From assembly GCA_020184695.1 (NCBI GenBank), contig JAANOX010000034.1, positions 372,001 through 436,000 on the forward strand: DNA of 64,000 bases, read 5' to 3'. Origin of the DNA: Histomonas meleagridis 2922-C6/04-290x (Eukaryota > Protista > Parabasalia). The translations under genes were made by a program, and so were the position numbers. The notes below the pieces were generated by a model. The model did no database searches, was not told the origin of the DNA, and was given only the letters and a program-made list of their open reading frames with translations. Positions 46,873-56,590 of this stretch are shown here, piece by piece. Within the stretch, counting starts at the first letter, position 1. Every line of letters starts with the position of its first letter.

Positions 46873-47631
46873 TTAGACAACAGAGATTGTACCCCTCCTA
46901 CGACCAGTACGACGAGCTGCAACAAGACCAACCTTTTGACCTGGACGAGCGTTACGAGAAACTGTTGATGGCTTACCGATGTGTTGATGTGAACCACCAC
47001 CATATGGGTGATCGACTGGGTTCATAGCTGTACCACGGACAACTGGCCATGCCTTTCTCTTTGCAGCGTATTTGTGTGCAACTGTACCGGCCTTAAGAAG
47101 TGGCTTTTCGAGACGACCACCACCAGATACAACACCAAGGCATGCGCGGCAATTGCTGGAAACAACGACTTTACGTCCTGATGGAAGTTGAACACGTGTG
47201 TAGCCATCATCGTTGTGTGTGATAACACGGCATGAATCGCCTGAGCAACGGCCATAGCGACCACCATCTCCTGGATGATGTTCAACATTGCAAACTTCAG
47301 CACCCTCTGGGATTTGGCCAAGTGGGAGAATGTTGCCAACGTGAAGGGAAGCTGTTGAACCGACTTGGATTAATTGACCTGTGTGAATACCTTCTGGGGC
47401 AATAACAAGATGCCTTTCAAGACCTGCCTTACCAGACTTTTGGAAAACAAGTTGGGCAAGTGGTGCACCTCTTCCTGGATCATGAATGATGTCTTTAACA
47501 ACACCAACAATTTGTGCAGATCTTTGAGCAGCAGTTAATGGCATAAACTTAGCAGCACCTTTTCTGTGGTGTGTGTGGGCACGGAAAACATTACCATTAC
47601 CTTTACGTTGTGCACGGATTATATGACCCAT
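46873..47631 (-). CDS. RPL8: 60S ribosomal protein L8 (uL2)
   Basis: [51 protein letters not shown]. Confidence 0.98.
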   Translation of the reverse strand: MGHIIRAQRKGNGNVFRAHTHHRKGAAKFMPLTAAQRSAQIVGVVKDIIHDPGRGAPLAQLVFQKSGKAGLERHLVIAPEGIHTGQLIQVGSTASLHVGNILPLGQIPEGAEVCNVEHHPGDGGRYGRCSGDSCRVITHNDDGYTRVQLPSGRKVVVSSNCRACLGVVSGGGRLEKPLLKAGTVAHKYAAKRKAWPVVRGTAMNPVDHPYGGGSHQHIGKPSTVSRNARPGQKVGLVAARRTGRRRGTISVV

Positions 47632-47917
47632 CTAAAAAAAGGGATGGCCAAAACCGGAACAACCGCAAGGAGAACGTTATTTATTTAAAGTAACCGCAGA
47701 ATGGGTCTGGCCAAACAAACCTTGTGAATTGCCAATTTGAGGTTTCCCATGATGTATGCTTTTGTTGCTATCATTCTGTAAAACCACAGACAATATTGGA
47801 GATTCGGATTCGAAGTTAATCGTATTTTCATTCGTTAAAGTTCTCCAAAAAATTTTTTTAATCGTCAATTTTTTTTTTAATTTGTTAAAATAATTGTTAT
47901 TATGAGTTATTTTTATT

Positions 47918-48337
47918 CTAGTTAAACCTTATAATGACACGATTATGTTTACAGATACCAATGAGTTCATTTGTTGATGGATTTGTGGTAGTAATTCTAT
48001 ATGAAATTTTCCGAGGAGCTACTTTCGTTATTGTAGCTTTTGTTAGAATTGTATCATCAATATAAGCTGGTGCAATATGATCAAGATCAACAAATGCTCC
48101 AACAGAACTATGGTTTTTGTCAAGGGCACTTTCAAGCCAATCAGATGACACCAACTCAGAGAAACGCACAAGATCTGATGTTGATAATACATCATCTCCT
48201 TGTATTCCAGTTGGATTGTATGTTCTTTTTGGAATTATCATAAATTTGCGTTCCAAAGTTTCTCCAACTTTAAATATTTTGGTGAGATCCATTGTTGGTC
48301 GTAAACGAAATCTTTGGAATGAAATTTTGGTGAGCAT
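47918..48337 (-). CDS. Fluoroacetyl-CoA thioesterase (FlK)-like hotdog-fold thioesterase with a putative hydrogenosomal presequence
   Basis: VLSTSDLVRFSE (Thr-x7-Glu), VG..V.LDHIAP (His), terminal H.RVII; N-terminal MLTKISFQRF. Confidence 0.75.
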   Translation of the reverse strand: MLTKISFQRFRLRPTMDLTKIFKVGETLERKFMIIPKRTYNPTGIQGDDVLSTSDLVRFSELVSSDWLESALDKNHSSVGAFVDLDHIAPAYIDDTILTKATITKVAPRKISYRITTTNPSTNELIGICKHNRVIIRFN

Positions 48338-48607
48338 CTCAATATTTTAGATCACATTTCTTTATACGCCTGTTATGGATCATGACACTTTTTGAGTATA
48401 CATGACCGTTTAGAGGTACTTCAACTCCCAAAAAACAGATTTTTTTTCTTTTTTTTCATTCCATATGTAAGCATTCCATGAATTCTACGATAACTTATAT
48501 TTTAATTCAAAAAATTTTATAAACTCATGAAATATATTTTTTAATCGATTTTTTTAAAAATTTATTTTTTATATCATTCATGATTAATTTATGATGAATT
48601 TTATATT

Positions 48608-48814
48608 TTATTTATTTAAGTTATACATTGAACGTGTATGATTTTTTAAGATTGCTTCTTCATAACATTCAACAGACCTTTGAATAAGACTCGTGCTCTT
48701 CCCAATATATTCATAATATTCTCCTAATGAACATAATGCATCAGGATTCTTAGTTTTGGCTGATTCAACTAAAATTCTTCCACATTTCCCTAAATCTGGT
48801 GGAATCTCTTGCAA
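48608..48814 (-). pseudogene. Sel1-like repeat fragment
   Basis: NPDALCSLGEYYE...SVECYEEAILKNHTRSMYNL is Sel1-like; no ATG start, flanked by AT-rich DNA. Confidence 0.55.
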
Positions 48815-48954
48815 ATCTTTTTTTTATTAAATAGTTTACATATAGGACTTCAGAATGTTGTGTGATGTGATGTGATGCTTCAAAATTTACCCAAACCGTT
48901 AAAAACAATGAAAAAGCCGATACATACCGTTAGTAAAGTCGGACCATAAATAAA

Positions 48955-50111
48955 ATGAAGAAGCAAAAACTATTAAATGATATCGAAGTTCATCAATCAA
49001 TAATGCAAACCCTCTTTAGGTTGGCTAAAACAAATATCATAGAATCAGCAAATTCAATAATTGACATTTTCGATGAAAATCATCCTATTTCATTCAATTT
49101 TATATTAGCCCAAACAATATACACAATTTCCATGTTTAGAATGAATGACTTTGATATTTATTCAAAATTTTTAAAACAAATTGAAATATTTGAAGAGAAC
49201 AACAAAATTAATTCAAAAATTTTTGATGTATTTGAAGGTATACTTCTTTCTAAATATTCAGAAGAATCAAAGTATATTCTTTATTATCTTTTTGAAAAAA
49301 AATTTCTTCAGAGTCCAAAGGTTGATTATAAAAGAACCAATGAATGTTTTGCATATCACATGACGCAAGAAGAAATTAATGAATATTATTGCTATGGAAT
49401 TAAACAGTATATAAAAAAACATTATGAAGAACTTTCAAAGAATGATTTGGAACTTCATAAAAAATATATTGAGGAAGGACATAATCCAAATGAAATAACA
49501 AAAATAATTCGAAATGATGAAATAGAAAAATCTCAAGAAATAACATCACAAAATGATTTTGACTTTAATCAAATAATTGAACCATCACTTTATGAAAGAT
49601 ATTCATTTATTAATCATAAAAAATGTTACATTAATTGACTATGCAGCATTTTTTTCTTCAATTAAATGTTTTAAATATTTACTTATGAATGGAGCAAAAT
49701 TAGATAACACAGGTAAATATGCAGTTGCAGGTGGAAACATTGAAATTATTCATTTATGTGAACAAAATCATCCATCTTTTCAAAATGCATATGAAACAGC
49801 AATTAAATTTCATGATGATTTCATGATATTCAAAATAATATTTGGAAATTATTTAAATTATTTGAAACAGCACTTATAAATGCATCTTATAATGGTCATA
49901 TAGAAATAGTTAAATTACTTCTTGAACAAGAAGGAATTGATATTAATGATAAAGATATTTGTTTGTTTTATTTGAAATTTATTTTAATAATTTTATATTT
50001 CAAAATAATATTTGGAAATCATTTAAATTATTTGAAACAGCACTTATTTGGGCATCTTATAATGGTTATACAGAAATAGTTAAATTACTAAATGAAAAAG
50101 GAGATAATTAA
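48955..50111 (+). pseudogene. DUF3447/ankyrin family gene relic (frameshift near 49620, internal deletion, spacer-split ankyrin modules)
   Basis: EEGHNPNEITKIIRNDEI, EPSLYER..FIN, TLIDYAAFFSSIKCFKYL, YAVAGGNIEIIHLCEQ; extra A in the A-run at 49618-49623; modules at 49864-49956 and 50034-50111. Confidence 0.8.
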
Positions 50112-50331
50112 AAGAAATTGCAATAAAGCGCGATCCCAATAAAGTGATGACAAAGTGGGCAATCTAATTAGATTTGTTTCAATCACACGAGGATAATTAA
50201 GATTTGAAGAAAAAGAAAATAGTCATTAAATAAAAAATTTTGAAAAATATGTTTTCTCGGAAATTTGTATCATCAATCAATAATGAAAATGAAGTCTTTT
50301 TATTACACTTTTTGATAATCAATTAAATTAT

Positions 50332-50687
50332 TTACAAATGAATTTCATTAAATTCGTCAGTCCATCCTAAAGCATCAATTATTTGTTTGCATATTTCTTC
50401 GCAATCGCCCTGAAGGAAAATATCTCTTCGATTTGTAACATGACCAAACTTAAACAGTTCTTTATGACTATTCTCAGCTAAATCGACCAAAACATTTCGT
50501 CTTTCGTCGACGCTGACTTTTTCTTCATATGTCGCAACAGGTTCTTTATTAATAAAGAAAAAACTCGAAGACAATCTTTTCGACAATATCCAGGAAGTAA
50601 TGAGCATGGAGTAACTTTTAGTGACGTACCAATAAAAATAAGAAGGTCCGCAGATGCAAAGTCATTTGGATAAAGATGATAAAATCG
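50332..50687 (-). pseudogene. C-terminal fragment of a Sir2 (Hst2/SIRT2-type) deacetylase
   Basis: Manual translation RFYHLYPNDFASADLLIFIGTSLKVTPCSLLP...RV, frameshift, then INKEPV...RDIFLQGDCEEICKQIIDALGW; N-terminal two-thirds absent. Confidence 0.75.
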
Positions 50688-51510
50688 GAAAACAAGAAGA
50701 AACAGGGGTGGGTTATATAACCGCTTATTATAACAAAATTAAAAATGATAATATCTATGGATTATGCAGATATATTTTAATAAGACATAAAATTCAATAT
50801 TACCTACTTGAATATAATAATAAAATTAGATTTAAAAGTATTTATCGATGAATTTATCAGAAATAATGAAAAATCGAAAAAGAGTTTGTTTTCATCTTCT
50901 CATTTAATTTTTAACAAAAACAACTAGGTATTTTAAAGTAACAGCAAAGTAGATTATAGTCATGAAGCGCAATTCGTAATAATTTTAACATTGCATTAAA
51001 AAATCAAAAAATTCGAAAAAATCACACCTCAATTTGTCACTTCACCTTATTTTGAAACAAAAATTTCTTATTTTTAACAATTTAAATAATGCTGATATAT
51101 ATGTACTTATGAAAAAAATATCACTTATATTAATGCATTAAAAATAAAATCACATCGCCACTCGAAATATAAAGATTCATTTGAATTAACATTGAAATGT
51201 TTGATTTTTTCACATATTTTCACTTTTTCTCCAAATAATGAATAAAAACCAAGAAAAAATTTATGATATTTACATTGGAGACCTTGAAGGGTTTTATTAT
51301 TCCAAAGAATTTTTGAAAATTTTAGAAAAAAGAAAAAAATTGATCAGATCGAGATCTCAAAATTCAGCAGTTGAAATTGCCTAAAAATTTATATTTGAAC
51401 TCAATACCAGAAGTTGCCCATACATTTTGATTTTCAACGAAAAATTATTGAGGAATTTAAAGTTGAAGTATCTCTGACCGTTTATATCTTTGCCATAAGG
51501 AGTTTACTCA

Positions 51511-51960
51511 ATGAGTAAAGAAGAAGTCCACAAAGCAGCAGAAGATGCAAAAAAGACCTACATGGCAAATGGTGATCCTGATCTTCCACAGCAAGCTGTT
51601 TTTACAGAATTTGGAGTTCTTGGACATGCAGTTGGTAAAAATGCTGAAAAACTTGGAAACGGAATAGTTCGTATTCTCAAAAATCCTCAAAATGGTCGTT
51701 ACAGAATTGTCATGAGAGATAAAAATGATCTTAATAACATTTTTATAAATCATTTTATTTTACCAGAATCAGCTCTTCTCCCAAAACCACTTGAAAATGG
51801 TAAAATTGTTTATAACACTACCAACTACCCCAATCCTAGTGTTGATAAAATTGGAAAGAAAGAACAATTCAATCTCCGCTTTATTACTCCAGAATTAAAT
51901 CAAGAGTTCATTGCTAAGTATCAAGAAGCATTAGAAGAAAATAAGAAACTTCTTAAATAA
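51511..51960 (+). CDS. RanBP1-like Ran-binding domain protein
   Basis: GNGIVRILKN...GRYRIVMRD...INHFI...LRF....F...YQEA follows the RanBD pattern. Confidence 0.75.
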   Translation: MSKEEVHKAAEDAKKTYMANGDPDLPQQAVFTEFGVLGHAVGKNAEKLGNGIVRILKNPQNGRYRIVMRDKNDLNNIFINHFILPESALLPKPLENGKIVYNTTNYPNPSVDKIGKKEQFNLRFITPELNQEFIAKYQEALEENKKLLK

Positions 51961-52113
51961 AGAAAATTATTCAACTTTTTTTTTCACTTTATTAAATCCA
52001 ATCACATCTTTTTTTAAGAAATCAAATATAATTATTATTTTAAGCGATATCATATAAAAAATAATTTTTATTTAATAAAATAATTTGATGCTGTTCAAAC
52101 AATTCAAATTTAA

Positions 52114-53160
52114 TCATGTGCAAAACCAAAAACCATGGATTACCCTAGTGAATAAATGGCTTTTCTTTAATGGCATTATTACCAGGAAAAAATAAAACCC
52201 GAAACATGTCAATATATAGAGCTGATTTGGAAGTAAAGCCCACGACGCAAACAAGAAAAGTGACAACCGCAAAAGTTTTGTTGATTTTTCGGGGCACCCC
52301 CAATTAAACCAATCGTTGAGGAAGAATTCGATGGTTGCGATTTCGCCAGTCATCGAAGAACGGCGCCTTGAAGGTTTTTTCCCTCTCTCTATCTTTTTCC
52401 ATAGGTTAAATAATAAAATAGCAGAAATTCCTAAACATGTTAACGGTAAAAATGGTATAAACTGTAAACTAAATGAAAGTGTAGTAATGAATATAAGAAT
52501 CCGTAGCTTGGCATGTATGTCAAAATGAAGATTATTGCAATAATCAAGAAATGACTTAATGTATGAAATGGTTGTAGGGTGCCTCGAATGTGAAAAAGAT
52601 TTCCTTCGAGATCGTTTTTTAACTTTTCTGTTTTCAGTTTCTTTCTGTTCATTTGTACATTTTGGAAATTCACATTCAATAGAGGAAAAAGGAGTTTCAT
52701 CAAAAGTTTCTGCGGAAGCAAGCTTCGATATTGAACTTTTGAATTGGTCTTGATCTAGTCTTGTAATTTCTGATAATGATCTTAATAAATTAAAGCACTT
52801 ATATAAAGAAAGTTCTGTTGGAAATTGGAAAATAACAATAGAAGATTCTGTACTTCGGATTGCGATTTCTAGATCAGTTCGTGATCCACTAATGCTATGA
52901 ATTTTATCAAAAGTTGCTTGAACAAAACTTGGATGTGGAAATGTATTTTTTGGTAAAAACGCCAACCTTTTTGTTGTGAGGTAGAAAGATCCATCAATTA
53001 TATCTGTGCTCTCTCCATTTATAATCAGAAGTTGAACTTTTTGAAAAACTTGAAGTAACCATTCCTTCTTAGAGTTTCCTCTGAAAACAACAACTGCTTG
53101 GCGAAGTGGTTCATTTTCAGGTAAAGTCCACCTATCTCGTACAGCTTTAGGAATTTCCAT
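52114..53160 (-). CDS. GRAM-domain membrane protein
   Basis: First ATG at 53160 (MEIPK); GSFYLTTKRLAF GRAM-like core; C-terminal hydrophobic helices. Confidence 0.7.
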   Translation of the reverse strand: MEIPKAVRDRWTLPENEPLRQAVVVFRGNSKKEWLLQVFQKVQLLIINGESTDIIDGSFYLTTKRLAFLPKNTFPHPSFVQATFDKIHSISGSRTDLEIAIRSTESSIVIFQFPTELSLYKCFNLLRSLSEITRLDQDQFKSSISKLASAETFDETPFSSIECEFPKCTNEQKETENRKVKKRSRRKSFSHSRHPTTISYIKSFLDYCNNLHFDIHAKLRILIFITTLSFSLQFIPFLPLTCLGISAILLFNLWKKIERGKKPSRRRSSMTGEIATIEFFLNDWFNWGCPEKSTKLLRLSLFLFASWALLPNQLYILTCFGFYFFLVIMPLKKSHLFTRVIHGFWFCT

Positions 53161-53247
53161 ACTCTTGGATTTAAACGTTCTTTTCACTATGCCATTTTTG
53201 AACAGTTTACATACGATGGAATTATTAACATAGTTTGTTTGGATAAA

Positions 53248-53883
53248 ATGCCTCTTGACGAATGCTTTCCAAAAATTGATATTCCAAACTCTCATAAATT
53301 GTTTGGAATTGGTGTTTTACTTTCACTCCTTTATGGTATCTATCAGCTTATCATTACATCTCGACAATCTATTTGGAAAGTAAAGTTAGCGATAATATTT
53401 GGAGTTTTTATTACTTTTATATATATTACTTTCTTATTAAAACTTTATATCGGAGATTACAGATGTTCAACTGTTCCCAACTCTGTATCTGGTCATACTT
53501 TTGTTAATGTATATTTCTTATTAGTATGGTCATTCAATTATTTTCGATCAGGAAAACATAAAAACTTTCTTCACAAAATATATTATTATCTACTAAGCAT
53601 TTTACTTTGTGTTAATTGCATATTTACATATTTAGGCGGATATCATACCCCGCGCCAGATGATATATGGAGTATTGACAGCTATTGCTGGGGCGTCAATG
53701 ACTTGGGTTCTCACATCTTTTGTTGGTTCTAAGCTAAGCCTTCTCATGTTATTAATTGCAAATGTTCCAATTGTTCTTTTAGCAAAAGTATTTTGCAAAG
53801 TTCCAATTAACATATATAAGTGGAATACAATTTGGATTCTCGTTGATATATACGTTTTCTTCCAAAGAAAGGATATTAAATAA
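53248..53883 (+). CDS. PAP2-family membrane phosphatase (DOLPP1-like)
   Basis: First ATG at 53248; SGH (C2) and YLGGYHTPRQMIYG (C3) motifs; multiple TM helices. Confidence 0.65.
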   Translation: MPLDECFPKIDIPNSHKLFGIGVLLSLLYGIYQLIITSRQSIWKVKLAIIFGVFITFIYITFLLKLYIGDYRCSTVPNSVSGHTFVNVYFLLVWSFNYFRSGKHKNFLHKIYYYLLSILLCVNCIFTYLGGYHTPRQMIYGVLTAIAGASMTWVLTSFVGSKLSLLMLLIANVPIVLLAKVFCKVPINIYKWNTIWILVDIYVFFQRKDIK

Positions 53884-54429
53884 ATAAATATTCACATTAC
53901 CTTTAGCGCTTAAAAATGTTTAGTTGCATAACTCTTTTATTGATTTTTTTTGTTTTTATCCATTTAACTATTTCTTTTCATGTTTTAAATTAATGTATTT
54001 AGTTTTTACAAACTTTTCATGTTTTAATGTTTTGAATGTGACAATTAATATTGTAATGAATATTTAACATGATGATTTCATTCTTCTTTTCATGGATAAT
54101 ATTATTTAGCACCTATGTTAAAAAATTTGGTCAAATTCTACTCCTTCATGAAAAACAAAATTATTATTAACAAATTTAATATCTTGTGGACATGATATAA
54201 ACTTTTACACTTATTGGATATAAATTTGGTGGAAAAAAACTAAACTTATGACTGGTATTAAATCATTGATTTCATAGCAAATACAAGGTTCAAAATTTCT
54301 TGAAATCAGAAAATAATTTTTTTAATTTTTCAAATCCATAATTTTATTATTCTAAAAATTGAACATTAACAATCGAAAGCTTTTTTGTAATGACGAATAT
54401 AATTTTAAAACAAAATTCTAAATAAAAAT

Positions 54430-55329
54430 TTAGACATCTATGATAATAACAGTTCCATCATCGCTTCCTGTTGCTATTTTCCTTGGATTAATAGGATTAG
54501 GCTTTGCACAGTTTATATCTCCGATGTGTTTTGTTTTAACTTCTCTTACAACTTTCGTACATTCGGGATCAACAAAATAAAGAATTCGATCAGCTCCGGC
54601 AGCAACCCAATAGCCATCAACGAAGACAATAGAATAGAGCGGATCTAATTCCTCTTGAAGTGATATTTGATTGAGTTTCGAATAATTTTCTCCATCAGTA
54701 CGATAGAGTGTCACTTTTCCGTCTTCACCAATTGTTGCTAAATCAGAGTTTTCTGGATTAAATGCAAGGCTCCAAACAGTACCTTTGTGGTCACAAAATG
54801 TTTGAAGTGATCCAAGTTCTGAACTTGGATCCCAAATTTTCGTTGACCCATCAAATGAAACCGAAGCAAATAATAAACCAGAAGGTGAAAATGCTGCATC
54901 TTTAACGTCAGCAGTATGTTCACTATTGATTGTAGTAAAATCTAGATCTTTGAATGACCATACCCATGCTGATTTATCTCTTCCACATGTAACAAGATAG
55001 TTACCATCAGAAGACCACCTTACTGTCTTTATCTCGTTTTCTTGCCCTTCAAGATTACCAATGTTTTTAAATTGTAAATTTTCTTGAGAAAATTCAAAAA
55101 TTGTTGCTTTCCCATCAAAGCATGCAATTGCGAGGTGTTGACCATTTGGTGACCATTCACATCTTCTAAGTGACCGACTTTTTTTGAATTGGAAAATTTT
55201 TGTGAATTTCTCATTTTCGCATGAAAACACATGCAAAATTCCATCACTTCCAACAGTAGCGATAAAGTTTCCAGAAGGATGCCATGAAAGATCTAGAATT
55301 AAAGAATCTCTTTCCTCGACTAAAGCCAT
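54430..55329 (-). CDS. CIA1: Cytosolic Fe-S assembly WD40 protein CIA1
   Basis: LEGQENEIKTVRWS..G.YL.TCGRDKSAWVW, EHTADVK, FASVSFD, DHKGTVWSLAF. Confidence 0.9.
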   Translation of the reverse strand: MALVEERDSLILDLSWHPSGNFIATVGSDGILHVFSCENEKFTKIFQFKKSRSLRRCEWSPNGQHLAIACFDGKATIFEFSQENLQFKNIGNLEGQENEIKTVRWSSDGNYLVTCGRDKSAWVWSFKDLDFTTINSEHTADVKDAAFSPSGLLFASVSFDGSTKIWDPSSELGSLQTFCDHKGTVWSLAFNPENSDLATIGEDGKVTLYRTDGENYSKLNQISLQEELDPLYSIVFVDGYWVAAGADRILYFVDPECTKVVREVKTKHIGDINCAKPNPINPRKIATGSDDGTVIIIDV

Positions 55330-55624
55330 CCAAAGTTGCCTAAAACCGCAAATATTTTATCGTTTTTTTCTTTCCATAAAATATTTTCTTCAGAAGAAGC
55401 TTTGAATAATAATTTATTTTTACTAACACACAAAGAAGTAAAACAGAAAAAAATTTCTTTGAATTCTAAAAAAAAAAAAATTGATATTGCATTTGCATAT
55501 GATCAATTTTTTACCGAAATAAAAATGAAACATAAACATGTTCTGATTATTCGCCCATCACAGCAGCGTATAATTTTTTTTAATAAGAGCTAGAGATCAT
55601 AAAAAAAAAAAATTTATTCATTTA

Positions 55625-56224
55625 TTAATTTTCTAAATATATAAATTCAAACTTAAATGCACTAATTTGCTTGATACACCAAACATTTCCATTGGATGAA
55701 TGATCAAAATATTCATATTTTGCAATATGATAGTCTGGAGTTACTTCTACAGGTTCTGTAAGTCTATGATACCAATTTTGTTGTTTTGTATGAAATACCC
55801 AATCACGTTTCTTGAGTTCTTTTCCAGCAAAAAACTGAAATTGTGTTCCTGGAAAATAATAAAATATGTAAAACAGAGTTAAATTATCAAAATTACTCAT
55901 GAACTCTGGTTGCAGTAATTTCATATTTGGAATTTGTGGGAAATAATTCGGAACATTTATGGGATTTTGCGGTTGATAATCAGCTAAATCATAAGGAACA
56001 TTAGGAATAATATCTATTCCTGCGAATAGAGCACGTTCATATTTTTGTTTTAGAATATCAGCTTGTGTTGGAATATTTGGTAAATTGGTTGGGAAAATAT
56101 CATTTGGAATTACTTGAGGAACAAAGCAAGGGTCTTTTTGAAATGAAGAAAGATTTGGAAGTTCTTCTTCTTTATTTGCGTTTTCATCAATTTTTTGTTG
56201 AGTTTGTTTATTCATTTTGATCAA
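55625..56224 (-). CDS. CCR4-NOT subunit, NOT3/NOT5-type NOT-box protein
   Basis: TLFYIFYYFPGTQFQFFAGKELKKRDWVFH...YEYFD...W...F.FEFIYLE. Confidence 0.85.
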   Translation of the reverse strand: MIKMNKQTQQKIDENANKEEELPNLSSFQKDPCFVPQVIPNDIFPTNLPNIPTQADILKQKYERALFAGIDIIPNVPYDLADYQPQNPINVPNYFPQIPNMKLLQPEFMSNFDNLTLFYIFYYFPGTQFQFFAGKELKKRDWVFHTKQQNWYHRLTEPVEVTPDYHIAKYEYFDHSSNGNVWCIKQISAFKFEFIYLEN

Positions 56225-56590
56225 AACCCTTATCTAAAAAGTGACACTGCTTTTCTTTTAGTATAAAAGTTTTCGATTAAAATTCATATAGCATCTAAAT
56301 ATCAAAAATGAATAAAACCTCATTTTGATCAAAACAACCATGAATTTTTTTAGTATTAATCACTTGCAGTATTCATTAATCTGGAAAAATGTGAAATTTT
56401 GTAAAATGTTTCTTTTCTTAATGTTTAAAAAAGCTTTAGCAAATTATACCAATGGAACAAAAACAAATAATTCAGATATTCTTTTAGTTATATTAATGAT
56501 GTAAAAATCATTTTAACGGTCACCGGCATCAAAATCGCATCAAAAATAAAATAAAAATCCACAAAATTTCTTGTTGATTCCAAAAACAAC

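Noticed and set aside
49961-50040. Reading the ankyrin spacer as a canonical 80-nt GT...AG intron
   Set aside because: It would restore the frame but delete the conserved TA residues; the AG comes from the ACA-GCA codons, there is no CTAAC branch point, and the 62.3-kb copy lacks the AG.
53161-53295. Apparent overlap between the GRAM and PAP2 genes
   Set aside because: It arises only from non-ATG starts in the track; the first ATGs (53160 and 53248) give non-overlapping divergent genes.
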